A DNA stretch of 64,000 bases from Mycobacteriales bacterium. GTDB taxonomy: Bacteria; Actinomycetota; Actinomycetes; Mycobacteriales; Mycobacteriaceae. The notes below the pieces were generated by a model. It did not search any database, was not told the origin of the DNA, and worked only from the letters and a program-made list of their open reading frames with translations. Positions within the stretch are counted from its first letter, which is position 1, and each line of letters opens with the position of its first letter. A program made the position numbers and the translations under genes. The stretch is taken from NCBI GenBank assembly GCA_038198705.1, contig JBBPZN010000023.1, positions 4,269 to 68,268 on the forward strand, given 5' to 3'. Below are positions 41,605 to 55,464 of this stretch, in pieces.

Positions 41605-41880
41605 GTGAGCGAGACTCGATTGACCGCCTGGGTGCACGGTTCGGTGCAAGGCGTCGGGTTTCGATGGTGGACCCGTTCGCGCGCCCTCGAACTCGGACTG
41701 GTCGGCCATGCGACGAATAGCGCGGACGGTCGAGTGCTCGTCATCGCCGAGGGTGCACGAGAAAATGCCGAGCGCCTCCTGGAACTGCTTCGTGGGGGAG
41801 ATACGCCGGGCGTGGTGACCCTTGTCGTGGAGAGCTTTGATCGGCCGCGTGGTGAGCTCAGCGGTTTCGTCGAGCGGTGA
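41605..41880 (+). CDS. acyP: Acylphosphatase
   Basis: VHGSVQGVGFRW, N..DGRV. Confidence 0.93.
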   Translation: MSETRLTAWVHGSVQGVGFRWWTRSRALELGLVGHATNSADGRVLVIAEGARENAERLLELLRGGDTPGVVTLVVESFDRPRGELSGFVER

Positions 41881-41956
41881 TGAGGGGACGTCATCTGACC
41901 GTGGCGCTCCAGATCTCGTACGCGCAGGTGGGGTACACCCGGTACTCTGAAATGCC

Positions 41957-44900
41957 ATGCATCTCAAGAGTCTGACGCTCAAGGGCTTCAAGTCCTTTGC
42001 TTCGTCGACGACTCTTCGTTTCGAGCCAGGTATTACCTGCGTCGTCGGGCCCAACGGGTCGGGAAAGTCCAACGTCGTGGATGCTCTCACCTGGGTCATG
42101 GGGGAGCAGGGAGCGAAGGCTCTACGCGGCGGCAAGATGGAAGATGTCATTTTTGCGGGCACCTCGGGACGTGCTCCGCTCGGGCGTGCGGAAGTAACGC
42201 TCACGATCGACAACTCCGACGGTGCGTTGCCTATCGACTACTCCGAGGTGTCGATCACCAGGCGAATGTTTCGTGATGGCGCAGGCGAATACGAGATCAA
42301 CGGAGCCTCGTGTCGGTTGATGGACGTTCAGGAATTGCTGAGCGACTCCGGCATCGGCCGCGAAATGCACGTCATCGTCGGGCAGGGGCGGCTCGCTGCG
42401 ATCCTCGAATCCAGGCCGGAAGATCGACGGGCCTTCATCGAAGAGGCTGCGGGCGTTCTCAAACACCGTAAGCGCCGAGAGAAGGCTGTCCGCAAGCTCG
42501 ACGCCATGCAGGCGAACCTCGCTCGATTGACCGACCTGACGACCGAGCTTCGACGTCAACTCAAGCCTCTCGGTCGTCAAGCCGAGGTCGCTCGCCGCGC
42601 GCAGACGGTCCAAGCGGATCTGCGCGACGCCCGGCTGCGTATCGCGGCCGACGACTTGGTCGGCCGCCGCGCAGAGTTTGCCAACCAGACTCAGGACGAA
42701 GCCGCCGCCCGCGAGCAGTACGCGACTGTGCAGGACACGCTCGAGGCAGGCAACGTCGCACTCGGAGAGCTCGAACAGTCGGTTGCACGGTTGACTCCGA
42801 GCGCGGAGGCCGCCGGGCAAACCTGGTTTCAGTTGTCCGCTCTAGCCGAACGAGTCAACGCCACCATCCGAATCGCGAAAGAGCGTGCACGTCATCTTGA
42901 TTCGGCGTCATCGACGGGCCGTGGTCAAGACCCGGACGAACTGGAGGCTCAGGCGGATCGTGTCGCCGAGGAGGAATTGGAACTCGTCGAGGCCGTCGAG
43001 ATCGCACGCGAGTCTCTCGAGGCTGCACGCGAACAGCTGGCCGAACGTGAGGCTGCGGCGTTCGAGGCGGAACGCGCTCATATGGCGGCGGTGCGTGCGG
43101 TCGCCGATCGCCGAGAAGGATTCGCCCGGCTTTCCGGACAGGTCGACACTTACCGAACCAAGGCCGATTCCACCGATGCAGAGGTTGCTCGGCTGTCGGT
43201 GGCGATCGACGAGGCTCGTGAGCGCGGAGACATCGCGCAAATGGAATTCGAGAGCGTCCAGGACCAGATAAGCGGGCTTGACGCCAGTGAATTGAGTCTC
43301 GACACGCAGTACGAGCGAGCCGTGATGGCGCTCCGAAGCGCGGATGCTCGAGTAACCGAATTGCAGAACGAGGACCGTGTCGCAGGGAAGAAGGTTGCCT
43401 CGTATCAGGCTCGAATAGAAGCGTTGAAGATGGGACTCGAGCGTAAGGATGGAGCCGGTTGGCTCATCGAGAACTCGCAGCCTGGCCTGTCCGGGTTACT
43501 TGCCGACCGCATCAGCGTGGAAACGGGCTTCGAGGTGGCGGTGGCGGTCGCATTGGGCCCCGTAGCCGATGCCGCTCACGCCGAATCGTTCACGAGCGCA
43601 CTCGATGCTGTTCTGGCACTCCGTGATGCGGACGGTGGGCGTGCCGCCGTCGTCTTCGGCGATGTCACGCCTCCCGCGAATCCTCGCACCGTCCAGTTGC
43701 CGCATGGCGCCAGGTGGGTGCTCGATGTGATCCAGTTCCCCGATGCGCTTTCCGGTTCGATGACTGCGTTGCTCGGCGGCATCGTAGTCGTCGAATCTCT
43801 CGACGACGCCGCGTCATTGGTGAAGTCGTCACCTGGAGTCAGGGCAGTGACGAAGGCCGGGGATCTTCTCGACACAGGATGGGTGACGGGCGGCTCGGAC
43901 AGGCGGCCGAGCACCATCGAGGTGCAGTCGGCGATCGATACCTCGACAGTCGAACTCGACGCCGCAGAACGACATTCGGCCGACCTCGAGGCTGCATTGT
44001 CCGGAGCGCTCGCCGAGCTATCCGATCGCCGTGAATCCGCCGAACAAGCGCTGGCCGCGCTCAACGAGTCCGATGCGGCGATTGCCGCGGTGTACGAGCA
44101 GCTCGGTCGCCTCGGGCAGCTGGCGCGATCGGCACACGCAGAGTCCTCGCGCTTGACTGAGCAGCGACATCGAGCCGAAACCGGTCGTGAGGAGGCTCTG
44201 ACTGCGTTGGCTGAGCTCGAGGAGCGGCTCAGGCTGGCCGAGGACGAGCAGGCCGGGACCGACAGTGGATCCGATTCGGGTGAATCGATCATGGCGCGTG
44301 AGGTGGCTGCCGCCGCCTTGTCCGAGGTTCGATCGGTCGAGGTCGACGCACGTCTGAATGTCCGCACAGCCGAGGAGCGGGCGCAGTCCGTCCGGGGTCG
44401 CGCGGACTCGATGCGTCGAGCTGCCCGCGCCGAACGTGAGGCTCGAGCACGGGCCGAACGGGAGTTGATCGGGCGTCGACACGCTGCAGCGGTCGCGCAG
44501 GCGGTTGCGTCCGCCGGCGATCGCGTAGCCGACCGGCTCGCCGGCGTCGTCGCTGCCGCTGCCGCTCGTCGTGACGAGCTTGCTGCCCAGCGTGCCACCG
44601 CCACAACCGAATTGGACCGGGTCAAAGAACAGGTACGAGCTCTCCAGGCCCAGCTCGCGTCGATCACCGACGCAGTTCACCGCGATGAAATTGCTCGTGC
44701 GCAGGCGGCGCTCAGAATTGAACAGCTCGAGGCGACGATCCTCGAACAGCACGGTATCGGGCTCGATGATCTGATTGCCGAGTATGGACCGGACGTGAGC
44801 CTGCCACCGACGGAACTCGAGATGAGTGAATACGAGGCCGCCAAGGAACGCGGAGAGCAGGTGGTGGCACCCGCCCCGATGCCGTTCGACCGGGTGTCTC

Positions 44901-45685
44901 AGGAAAAGCGGGCGAAACGTGCAGAACGGGACTTGGCGACCCTCGGAAAGGTGAACCCCCTCGCGCTCGAAGAATTCGCTGCGCTCGAAGAGCGATACAA
45001 CTTCCTCTCCACGCAACTGGAGGACGTGAAGTCCGCCCGCAAGGATCTGCTCGAGGTGGTCGCCGATGTCGACGAGAGAATCTTGCAGGTCTTCACCGAA
45101 GCGTGGTTCGACGTCGAACGCGAGTTCACCCAGGTGTTCGCGAAGTTGTTCCCAGGTGGAGAGGGGAGACTGATCCTCACCGAACCCGGGAATATGCTCA
45201 CCACAGGTATCGAGGTCGAAGCACGTCCACCAGGAAAGAAGGTCAAGCGACTGTCCCTGCTGTCCGGCGGCGAGAAGTCCTTGACGGCCGTAGCGATGCT
45301 TGTTGCTATTTTCCGAGCGCGACCATCTCCGTTCTACGTGATGGACGAGGTCGAAGCGGCACTGGACGATACGAACCTCCGACGTCTGATCGGGTTGTTC
45401 GAGCAACTTCGCGAGAAGTCGCAGCTGATCGTCATCACCCACCAAAAGCCGACGATGGAGGTTGCCGACGCACTGTACGGAGTATCGATGCGCGGCGACG
45501 GCATCACGACGGTGATTTCGCAACGCCTCAACCGCAACCGTGTCGAGACGATCGGTAGCGTAACGGCCCCCGATGTCAGCGAGGCGGATCTCCCGGAAGC
45601 ACCGGTTCCAGATGGCCGTGTCCGTGTAGATTCCGTGCCTGCAGACGACGTTTCTGTGCCGGAAGGCTCTGCGTCGCCGAACTGA
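41957..45685 (+). CDS. smc: Chromosome segregation protein SMC
   Basis: GPNGSGKSN, coiled coils and hinge, [15 protein letters not shown]. Confidence 0.98.
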   Translation: MHLKSLTLKGFKSFASSTTLRFEPGITCVVGPNGSGKSNVVDALTWVMGEQGAKALRGGKMEDVIFAGTSGRAPLGRAEVTLTIDNSDGALPIDYSEVSITRRMFRDGAGEYEINGASCRLMDVQELLSDSGIGREMHVIVGQGRLAAILESRPEDRRAFIEEAAGVLKHRKRREKAVRKLDAMQANLARLTDLTTELRRQLKPLGRQAEVARRAQTVQADLRDARLRIAADDLVGRRAEFANQTQDEAAAREQYATVQDTLEAGNVALGELEQSVARLTPSAEAAGQTWFQLSALAERVNATIRIAKERARHLDSASSTGRGQDPDELEAQADRVAEEELELVEAVEIARESLEAAREQLAEREAAAFEAERAHMAAVRAVADRREGFARLSGQVDTYRTKADSTDAEVARLSVAIDEARERGDIAQMEFESVQDQISGLDASELSLDTQYERAVMALRSADARVTELQNEDRVAGKKVASYQARIEALKMGLERKDGAGWLIENSQPGLSGLLADRISVETGFEVAVAVALGPVADAAHAESFTSALDAVLALRDADGGRAAVVFGDVTPPANPRTVQLPHGARWVLDVIQFPDALSGSMTALLGGIVVVESLDDAASLVKSSPGVRAVTKAGDLLDTGWVTGGSDRRPSTIEVQSAIDTSTVELDAAERHSADLEAALSGALAELSDRRESAEQALAALNESDAAIAAVYEQLGRLGQLARSAHAESSRLTEQRHRAETGREEALTALAELEERLRLAEDEQAGTDSGSDSGESIMAREVAAAALSEVRSVEVDARLNVRTAEERAQSVRGRADSMRRAARAEREARARAERELIGRRHAAAVAQAVASAGDRVADRLAGVVAAAAARRDELAAQRATATTELDRVKEQVRALQAQLASITDAVHRDEIARAQAALRIEQLEATILEQHGIGLDDLIAEYGPDVSLPPTELEMSEYEAAKERGEQVVAPAPMPFDRVSQEKRAKRAERDLATLGKVNPLALEEFAALEERYNFLSTQLEDVKSARKDLLEVVADVDERILQVFTEAWFDVEREFTQVFAKLFPGGEGRLILTEPGNMLTTGIEVEARPPGKKVKRLSLLSGGEKSLTAVAMLVAIFRARPSPFYVMDEVEAALDDTNLRRLIGLFEQLREKSQLIVITHQKPTMEVADALYGVSMRGDGITTVISQRLNRNRVETIGSVTAPDVSEADLPEAPVPDGRVRVDSVPADDVSVPEGSASPN

Positions 45686-45761
45686 GTTCGCGTGATGCGC
45701 TGTGCACTTGCCCGCCAGGGTGCCGGTTGGGTGGCGAAGACGCTCCTGACAGGATGGACGT

Positions 45762-47138
45762 GTGAGTAGCGAAGCGTGGATCATCGTCGCGGCCGTTCTG
45801 GCCATCCTGGCCGTGGGGCTCGTAGTTGGGCTCGTGGTGTCGCGTCGACGGCGAATATCGCTCACCTCTCCGGAGACGCCGAAGATCGAGGAGGGCGAGA
45901 AAGACAAGTCGGGCGGATACAAGGCCGGTGGGGGATTCTCGTTCAGCCAGGGAACCGCGGTTGCCGAGCCGGATCTTGCGCCGAAACCCCAGCCCGAGCC
46001 GCTACCCGAGCCGTTACCCGAGCCCAAGCCTGTGGCCGCGCCGGAGCCCCAGCCTTCTCTGGAACCTGAGCCTTCTCTGGAGCCTGAGCCTTCTCTGGAA
46101 CTTGAGCCTTCTCTGGAACTTGAGCCGTCTCTGGAACCTGAGCCGTCTCCGGAGCCCGAGCCTGCGCCTGCTCTCGATTCCGATCCGGTATCCGCCGCGC
46201 CAGTTCTCGACGAGATTGCTCCTACCGATGGGCGGTTGGATCGCCTACGCGGTCGACTCTCTCGCTCGCAGTCCGCAATCGGTAAGAGCTTGTTGGGAAT
46301 CCTCGGTGGCGGCGACCTCGACGAGGATTCGTGGGAAGAAGTCGAGGACACACTGCTGATCGCAGACCTCGGTTCATCCACGACCAACGAGATCATGACC
46401 TCGCTGCGCGAGCAGATGGCGTCGCGCAGTATCCGCACCGAGGCCGACGCCCGAGGGTTGCTCCGCGAGATTCTCGTCAAGCAGTTGCATCCGGAGTTCG
46501 ATCGGTCGATCAGAGCGCTGCCGCATGAGGGCACACCTGCTGTGCTACTCGTCGTCGGTGTGAACGGAACGGGCAAGACGACTACGACAGGCAAGTTGGC
46601 TCGCGTGCTCGTTGCGGACGGGCGTCGTGTCCTGTTGGGTGCCGCGGATACGTTCCGTGCCGCTGCGGCGGATCAATTGCAGACGTGGGCCGAGCGTGTG
46701 GGTGCCGACGTCGTTCGCGGCAAGGACGGCGCCGATCCGGCTGCCGTTGCCTTCGACGCGGTGACGCGAGGTATCGAGCTGGGAGTAGATGTCGTTCTTG
46801 TCGACACCGCCGGACGTCTCCATACGAAGTCCGGATTGATGGACGAACTCGGCAAGGTCAAGCGGGTAATCGAGAAGCGAGCACACGTCGACGACGTGTT
46901 GCTTGTCCTGGATGCGACCGTGGGGCAGAACGGTCTGATGCAGGCACGCGTATTCGCCGAGGTAGTGAACATCACCGGAGTGGTCTTGACCAAGCTCGAC
47001 GGCACTGCCAAAGGTGGCATCGTCTTCCAGGTGCAGCGTGAACTCGGAGTGCCGGTCAAGCTCGTCGGACTCGGGGAAGGCGCCGACGATTTGGCTCCTT
47101 TCGAGCCCGAGGCCTTCGTCGACGCGTTGCTCGGCTGA
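45762..47138 (+). CDS. ftsY: SRP receptor FtsY
   Basis: N-terminal transmembrane segment; [32 protein letters not shown]. Confidence 0.97.
   Translation: MSSEAWIIVAAVLAILAVGLVVGLVVSRRRRISLTSPETPKIEEGEKDKSGGYKAGGGFSFSQGTAVAEPDLAPKPQPEPLPEPLPEPKPVAAPEPQPSLEPEPSLEPEPSLELEPSLELEPSLEPEPSPEPEPAPALDSDPVSAAPVLDEIAPTDGRLDRLRGRLSRSQSAIGKSLLGILGGGDLDEDSWEEVEDTLLIADLGSSTTNEIMTSLREQMASRSIRTEADARGLLREILVKQLHPEFDRSIRALPHEGTPAVLLVVGVNGTGKTTTTGKLARVLVADGRRVLLGAADTFRAAAADQLQTWAERVGADVVRGKDGADPAAVAFDAVTRGIELGVDVVLVDTAGRLHTKSGLMDELGKVKRVIEKRAHVDDVLLVLDATVGQNGLMQARVFAEVVNITGVVLTKLDGTAKGGIVFQVQRELGVPVKLVGLGEGADDLAPFEPEAFVDALLG
46051..46158 (+). repeat. 18-bp minisatellite x6 in ftsY ([12 protein letters not shown])
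   Basis: Six adjacent units close to AGCCTTCTCTGGAACCTG with no spacers. Confidence 0.92.
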
Positions 47139-47262
47139 CCGGATCGGCTCGGACGATCTCTGTCCGGAGTACGTCGGGCGGTAAGTAGTCGGCCGAAGTC
47201 AGTTGTTCTTCTGAAAATTCAGTGGTTCTTTGGAATTCGACGAAAACCACAAACGCCTGCAC

Positions 47263-47342
47263 GAAATGTTATTGCAACAGTTTTGGTTCATCCGTTCACA
47301 CGAGTGAAACACCTGAGTGTCATGAATGAAACTTCGTGAAAC
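47263..47342 (+). promoter_or_regulatory. GlnR-box region upstream of amtB
   Basis: TTCAC-N6-GAAAC (47295-47310), GAAAT-N6-GCAAC (47263-47278), further GAAAC half-sites; amtB-glnK-glnD is a known GlnR target in actinobacteria. Confidence 0.7.
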
Positions 47343-47396
47343 CACTCTTTCTCTCAGACGGCGCACCATCCGGTGCGCACGAGAAGGAGGGTGTAC

Positions 47397-48701
47397 GTGA
47401 GTCCCGAGGAATTGTTGGCCAACTCCGGCAATGCTGCCTGGATGCTGACAGCAGCATCGTTGGTGCTGCTGATGACGCCAGGTCTGGCGTTTTTCTATGG
47501 TGGTATGTCGCAGCAGAAGTCCGTACTCAACATGATGATGATGTCGTTCGGGGCAATGTTCGTCGTCGCGCTCGTCTACGTCCTGTGGGGATGGTCGATG
47601 TCGTACGGAACCGAGAACATCGGCGGGGTGTTCGCGAACCCCTTCGAGTTCTTCGGTTTGAAGGATTCGATCACCGATGCGGACGGAAATTTCCTTGCCG
47701 GCGCCTGGGGCTACCCGAACGTCATCGACATTGCCTTCCAGGTGACGTTCGCGATCATCACAGTCGCACTCATCAGCGGCTCGCTCGCTGGACGCGTGAA
47801 GTACGGCACCTGGCTCGTGTTCGCGGGCGTCTGGGTCACCCTGGCTTACTTCCCCCTCGCTCACATGGTGTGGGGCGGCGGATTGCTCTCCGGCTCGGAG
47901 GACGGGTTCGCAGCGAAAATCTTCGGCACGACCGACGACGGCGACGGCGGGCTCATTGCGTCTGTCCCTCCGATCGACTTTGCCGGTGGCACCGTGGTCC
48001 ACATCAACGCGGGAATCGCCGGTCTGATTCTGGCGCTCATCATCGGCAAACGCGCAGGATTCGGTCGAGTTGCGTTCCGGCCGCACAACCTCCCGTTCGT
48101 CATGCTCGGTGCGGCTCTGCTGTGGTTCGGTTGGTTCGGATTCAACGCAGGCTCCGCCTTTGCTGCTGACGGTTTCGCTGGTCTGGCCTGGGTCAACACG
48201 ACTACTGCTGCGGCAGCGGCGATCGCGGGCTGGCTCGTCGTGGAGCGTATCCGCGACGGCCATGCCACCAGCCTCGGTGCTGCTTCGGGCATCGTGGCAG
48301 GCTTGGTCGCCATCACACCCGCTGCGGGCGCCCTGACCCCGATCGGATCGATTTTCCTCGGCGTCGTCGCCGGAGTGCTCTCCGCTCTGGCCGTCGGCCT
48401 CAAATTCAAGTTCGGTTACGACGACTCGCTCGACGTCGTCGGTGTCCACCTCGTATCGGGCCTGTGGGGCACCATCGGAATCGGCTTCTTCGCGTCCAGG
48501 ACCGGGCTGTTCTACGGTGGCGACTACAAGCAGTTGGTCGTCCAGACGGTCATCGCTCTGTCTGCTGTGATTTTCACCGGTGTCGTCACTGCGATCATCG
48601 CGTGTGCGCTCGAGCCACTCGGCTGGCGCGTGTCGGATGAAGGCGAAGCCAAGGGTATCGACGAAGCTGAGCACGCTGAGACTGCGTACGACTTCGCTTG
48701 A
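47397..48701 (+). CDS. amtB: Ammonium transporter
   Basis: MTPGLAFFYGG, DFAGGTVVH, WFGWFGFNAGS, DDSLDVVGVH; SD AAGGAGG. Confidence 0.97.
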   Translation: MSPEELLANSGNAAWMLTAASLVLLMTPGLAFFYGGMSQQKSVLNMMMMSFGAMFVVALVYVLWGWSMSYGTENIGGVFANPFEFFGLKDSITDADGNFLAGAWGYPNVIDIAFQVTFAIITVALISGSLAGRVKYGTWLVFAGVWVTLAYFPLAHMVWGGGLLSGSEDGFAAKIFGTTDDGDGGLIASVPPIDFAGGTVVHINAGIAGLILALIIGKRAGFGRVAFRPHNLPFVMLGAALLWFGWFGFNAGSAFAADGFAGLAWVNTTTAAAAAIAGWLVVERIRDGHATSLGAASGIVAGLVAITPAAGALTPIGSIFLGVVAGVLSALAVGLKFKFGYDDSLDVVGVHLVSGLWGTIGIGFFASRTGLFYGGDYKQLVVQTVIALSAVIFTGVVTAIIACALEPLGWRVSDEGEAKGIDEAEHAETAYDFA

Positions 48702-48763
48702 CAGGGTAAAGATAGGGGGCGAGAAGTCGCTCCGAATACAACCGAGCATTCGTGAGCTTGTGA

Positions 48764-51680
<2,917 letters not shown>

Positions 51681-51864
51681 ACGCTGGTTCGGGTGGTCAG
51701 AGACGAATCCCTCAGGAAGTAGTGATATTTCATAAAGATTCGGTTACGGTCTGTGCGGGCGAGATCAATTTGTTATGTTTCACGCCATCGAATCAAAGTA
51801 CGACTCTCGGTCGTTTCACGAAACTCGAGATCCATGCACGCCGACGACTGATGAGGTATTAACT

Positions 51865-52683
51865 GTGGGATCCCACCGGCGGTCGAACACGTACGTTCCG
51901 ATCGAGATGGATATCGATGCACCGCGCGGGCGTCACAGGGCACACGTAGAGAAGAACGAGGCCGGACTGCGAGCCGCGACGATCGTTCTGGCTACCGGCG
52001 CGATCGTGGCGGGAGCTGCACAATTGGGGGCGGGTACCGCCGCCGCCGCTGCCCCTGCGCCGGAAGCTCCGACGGCGGGAATGCCGTTCGAAATTCCGCA
52101 GAACCTCCTCCCCGGAGGCTTCGAGTTGCCGCCGGGCATCGAGATCCCGGAGAACATCGCGCTCCCACAAGGACTTCAGCTTCCGGACACGTCGAATCTG
52201 CAGGGCTTCGGAATTCCTGACGTCGGAGCCGCAGCTCAAGATTTGGTCAGGGGTCTCCATCCCATCAAAGAGCGGGCTGTCCAGCCTGTATCAGGTGTTC
52301 TCACATCGAAATTCGGGTCCCGTTGGGGTGCACACCACGGTGGTCTCGACATCGCTGCTCCCATTGGAACACCGATCCTGGCCGCGACCGATGGCCAGGT
52401 GACAGCAGCGGGACCGGCCTCCGGATTCGGCCTGTGGGTAAAGGTGATGCACGAGGACGGCACCGAGACCGTCTACGGGCACATCAACGATTATTCGGTG
52501 ACCCCCGGACAGCATGTGACGGCAGGACAGCAGATCGCCACGGTGGGTAACCGCGGCGAATCCAGTGGCCCGCACCTGCATTTCGAGGTCCACGATCCGA
52601 GTGGCGTGAAGGTCGATCCCGCCGAGTGGCTCTCCATGCGCGGAGTCGCGGTCACGTGGACCGACCCGGCACTCAACGCCTGA
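51865..52683 (+). CDS. M23 family metallopeptidase (peptidoglycan endopeptidase)
   Basis: HGGLD (HxxxD), YGH, GPHLHFEV; N-terminal GRHR then a hydrophobic signal segment. Confidence 0.92.
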   Translation: MGSHRRSNTYVPIEMDIDAPRGRHRAHVEKNEAGLRAATIVLATGAIVAGAAQLGAGTAAAAAPAPEAPTAGMPFEIPQNLLPGGFELPPGIEIPENIALPQGLQLPDTSNLQGFGIPDVGAAAQDLVRGLHPIKERAVQPVSGVLTSKFGSRWGAHHGGLDIAAPIGTPILAATDGQVTAAGPASGFGLWVKVMHEDGTETVYGHINDYSVTPGQHVTAGQQIATVGNRGESSGPHLHFEVHDPSGVKVDPAEWLSMRGVAVTWTDPALNA

Positions 52684-52819
52684 TCTCGAAGCCCGTTTTC
52701 CGGCGTGCACAGCGCTGTAGAACCCTCGCCGACGACGTGTTGTAGTACGTGGCGCTAGTGTGGAGCCTGCTCTACACGACGTTCAGGCCCCATTCGCAAT
52801 CGGCTCAGGAGTGCAATCG

Positions 52820-54376
52820 GTGTTCGAATCCCTGTCCGACAGGTTGACCGGGACCCTCACCGACCTGCGTGGCAAGGGGCGTCTGTCGCCTGCCGATATC
52901 GATGCCACCGCCCGCGAAATACGACTTGCCCTGCTCGAAGCCGACGTGGCGCTTCCAGTGGTGCGCGAGTTCATTACGCGAATCAAGACGCGAGCCAAGG
53001 GCGCCGAGGTTTCGGGTGCGCTCAATCCTGCCCAGCAGGTCGTCAAGATCGTCAACGAAGAACTCGTCGGGATTCTCGGTGGTGAGACCCGTCGACTGAC
53101 TTTCGCGAAGACACCTCCGACCGTCGTCATGCTGGCAGGCCTGCAGGGCTCCGGTAAGACGACACTTGCCGGCAAACTCGCCAAGTGGTTGAAGGATCAG
53201 GGGCACACACCTCTTCTGGTCGCCTGCGATCTGCAGCGGCCGGGTGCCGTCAGTCAGCTTCAGATCGTCGGAGAACGCGCGGGCGCGACTGTATTCGCCC
53301 CGCACCCGGGCACCTCCATCGGAGGCGGGGAGAACGCGTTAGGAGTATCTGCCGCCGATCCTGTCGAGGTTGCTCGCGCCGGTGTTGCCGAGGCCCGGAA
53401 CAAGCAGTACGACATCGTCATCGTCGATACGGCCGGCCGGCTCGGCATCGATACCGAACTGATGAATCAGGCCGCAGGTATCCGAGATGCGGTTCAACCG
53501 GACGAAACCCTGTTCGTCCTCGATGCGATGGTCGGCCAGGACGCCGTGAACACGGCGCAAGCTTTCCGCGACGGTGTCGGTTTCACCGGTGTTGTCCTGA
53601 CCAAGCTCGACGGAGATGCACGTGGCGGCGCCGCACTGAGTGTGCGTGAGGTGACCGGTGCCCCGATCATGTTCGCATCCACGGGAGAGAAGCTCGAGGA
53701 GTTCGACGTCTTCCACCCCGACCGGATGGCCAGTCGGATTCTCGGAATGGGTGATGTCCTCAGCCTCATCGAGCAGGCAGAGCAGCATTTCGATGCGGAA
53801 CAGGCCGAAGCGACCGCGAACAAGATCGGGTCGGGGCAGCTGACGCTGGACGACTTCCTCGAACAGATGATGGCCGTTCGCAAAATGGGCCCGATCGGCA
53901 ATTTGCTGGGCATGCTTCCCGGTGCTGGCCAGATGAAAGAACTGGCCAATGTCGACGAGAAGCAACTCGACCGCGTGCAGGCCATCATTCGTGGCATGAC
54001 GCCACTCGAGCGCACCGACCCCAAGATCATCAACGCCTCCCGCAGGCTGCGTATCGCCAACGGATCCGGAGTCAAGGTTTCCGACGTCAATCAACTCGTC
54101 GATCGCTTCTTCGAAGCGCGCAAGATGATGTCGGCCATGGCAGGTCGCATGGGGATGCCGGGCGCACGCAAGCAGGTCCGGAGCAAGAAGGGCAAAAAGG
54201 GTAAGAAGGGTGCTCGGGGCCCGACCCAGCCGAAGATGCGCGGCGGCTTCCCGGGAATGCCGGGTGGTATGCCCGCTGGCATGCCCGATCTATCCGGGAT
54301 GCCCAAGGGCCTCGACCAGATTCCACCGGGCCTCGAAGGCATCGACCTGTCTCAGCTGAAGCTGCCCAAGAAGTAG
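52820..54376 (+). CDS. ffh: Signal recognition particle protein
   Basis: FESLSDRL, GLQGSGKTT, DTAGR, Met-rich M domain. Confidence 0.98.
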   Translation: MFESLSDRLTGTLTDLRGKGRLSPADIDATAREIRLALLEADVALPVVREFITRIKTRAKGAEVSGALNPAQQVVKIVNEELVGILGGETRRLTFAKTPPTVVMLAGLQGSGKTTLAGKLAKWLKDQGHTPLLVACDLQRPGAVSQLQIVGERAGATVFAPHPGTSIGGGENALGVSAADPVEVARAGVAEARNKQYDIVIVDTAGRLGIDTELMNQAAGIRDAVQPDETLFVLDAMVGQDAVNTAQAFRDGVGFTGVVLTKLDGDARGGAALSVREVTGAPIMFASTGEKLEEFDVFHPDRMASRILGMGDVLSLIEQAEQHFDAEQAEATANKIGSGQLTLDDFLEQMMAVRKMGPIGNLLGMLPGAGQMKELANVDEKQLDRVQAIIRGMTPLERTDPKIINASRRLRIANGSGVKVSDVNQLVDRFFEARKMMSAMAGRMGMPGARKQVRSKKGKKGKKGARGPTQPKMRGGFPGMPGGMPAGMPDLSGMPKGLDQIPPGLEGIDLSQLKLPKK

Positions 54377-54381
54377 GCGAC

Positions 54382-55464
54382 ATGGTCGGATTCAGAGTTC
54401 GGGGTCGGGTACTGCCGTCCGAGGAACTCATCGAACTGTGGATCGTGGATGGCCTCGTCTCGGTCGAACCGGTAGCGGGTGCGCAGACACTGTGTGAGGA
54501 CGGCTGGATTCTCCCAGGACTCGTCGACGCGCACTGTCACGTAGGGATCAAGTACGGCGGCGGACACGAGGATCTTCCCGGTGCAGTCGAGCAGGCGAAG
54601 ACCGAGCGTGATGTCGGAGCATTGTTGCTTCGTGATGCCGGATCGCCCATCGACACCAGAGAACTCGACGAGTACGAAGATCTGCCGCGGATAATTCGCG
54701 CTGGACGGCACATCGCCATGCCCAAGCGGTACATCCCGGGTTTGGCCGTCGATATCGAGGACGAATCGCAACTGCCGGAAGCTGTTGCGCAGCAGGCGCG
54801 ATCGGGTGACGGTTGGGTCAAGCTGGTCGGTGACTGGATCGACAGAAGCGTCGGGGACCTCAGCCCGCTGTGGGACGAGGCGATCCTGAAGAAGGCAATA
54901 GATGCAGCGCACGCCGAAGGTGCGCGGGTCACCGCGCACGTGTTCGGTGAGGACGCGTTGCCAGGCTTGATCGGGGCCGGGATCGACTGCATCGAGCACG
55001 GCACCGGGCTGACGGACGCGACGATCGAGCAAATGGTCGAGCACGGAACCGCCCTTGTTCCGACGCTGATCAATATCGAGACGTTTCCCGATATAGCGGC
55101 TTCGGCCGGCAAGTATCCGGTCTACGCGCGACACATGCGGGAACTCCACGGTCGAGTGGCCGCGACCATCGGAAGAGCACACGATGCCGGTATACCGATC
55201 TTTGCGGGGACCGATGCAGGCGGATCCATTCGGCATGGACGGATCGCCGAGGAGGTGCAGGCACTCGAACGCGTGGGAATGACCGCGACCGAAGCCCTGG
55301 GCGCTGCGTGCTGGGACGCTAGATCGTGGCTCGGTCATCCAGGACTCGAGCACGGAGCGTCCGCCGATCTGCTGATCTACACGACGGATCCACGCAGGGG
55401 GCCGGAGGTGCTGTCGACGCCCGACGTCGTAGTGCTTCGTGGTGTGCCGATCGAACGGAAATGA
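54382..55464 (+). CDS. Amidohydrolase family protein
   Basis: PGLVDAHCH, TAH, IEHG, GTDAG. Confidence 0.9.
   Translation: MVGFRVRGRVLPSEELIELWIVDGLVSVEPVAGAQTLCEDGWILPGLVDAHCHVGIKYGGGHEDLPGAVEQAKTERDVGALLLRDAGSPIDTRELDEYEDLPRIIRAGRHIAMPKRYIPGLAVDIEDESQLPEAVAQQARSGDGWVKLVGDWIDRSVGDLSPLWDEAILKKAIDAAHAEGARVTAHVFGEDALPGLIGAGIDCIEHGTGLTDATIEQMVEHGTALVPTLINIETFPDIAASAGKYPVYARHMRELHGRVAATIGRAHDAGIPIFAGTDAGGSIRHGRIAEEVQALERVGMTATEALGAACWDARSWLGHPGLEHGASADLLIYTTDPRRGPEVLSTPDVVVLRGVPIERK

Noticed and set aside
46051-46158. ftsY repeat considered as a CRISPR array
   Set aside because: Units are adjacent with no spacers, in frame within a CDS, and no cas genes are present
44018-46594. 858-aa minus-strand ORF
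   Set aside because: Antisense shadow of smc/ftsY typical of high-GC codon bias; no recognisable motifs
51681-51864. c-di-AMP (ydaO) riboswitch before the M23 peptidase
   Set aside because: The expected conserved riboswitch segments are not visible
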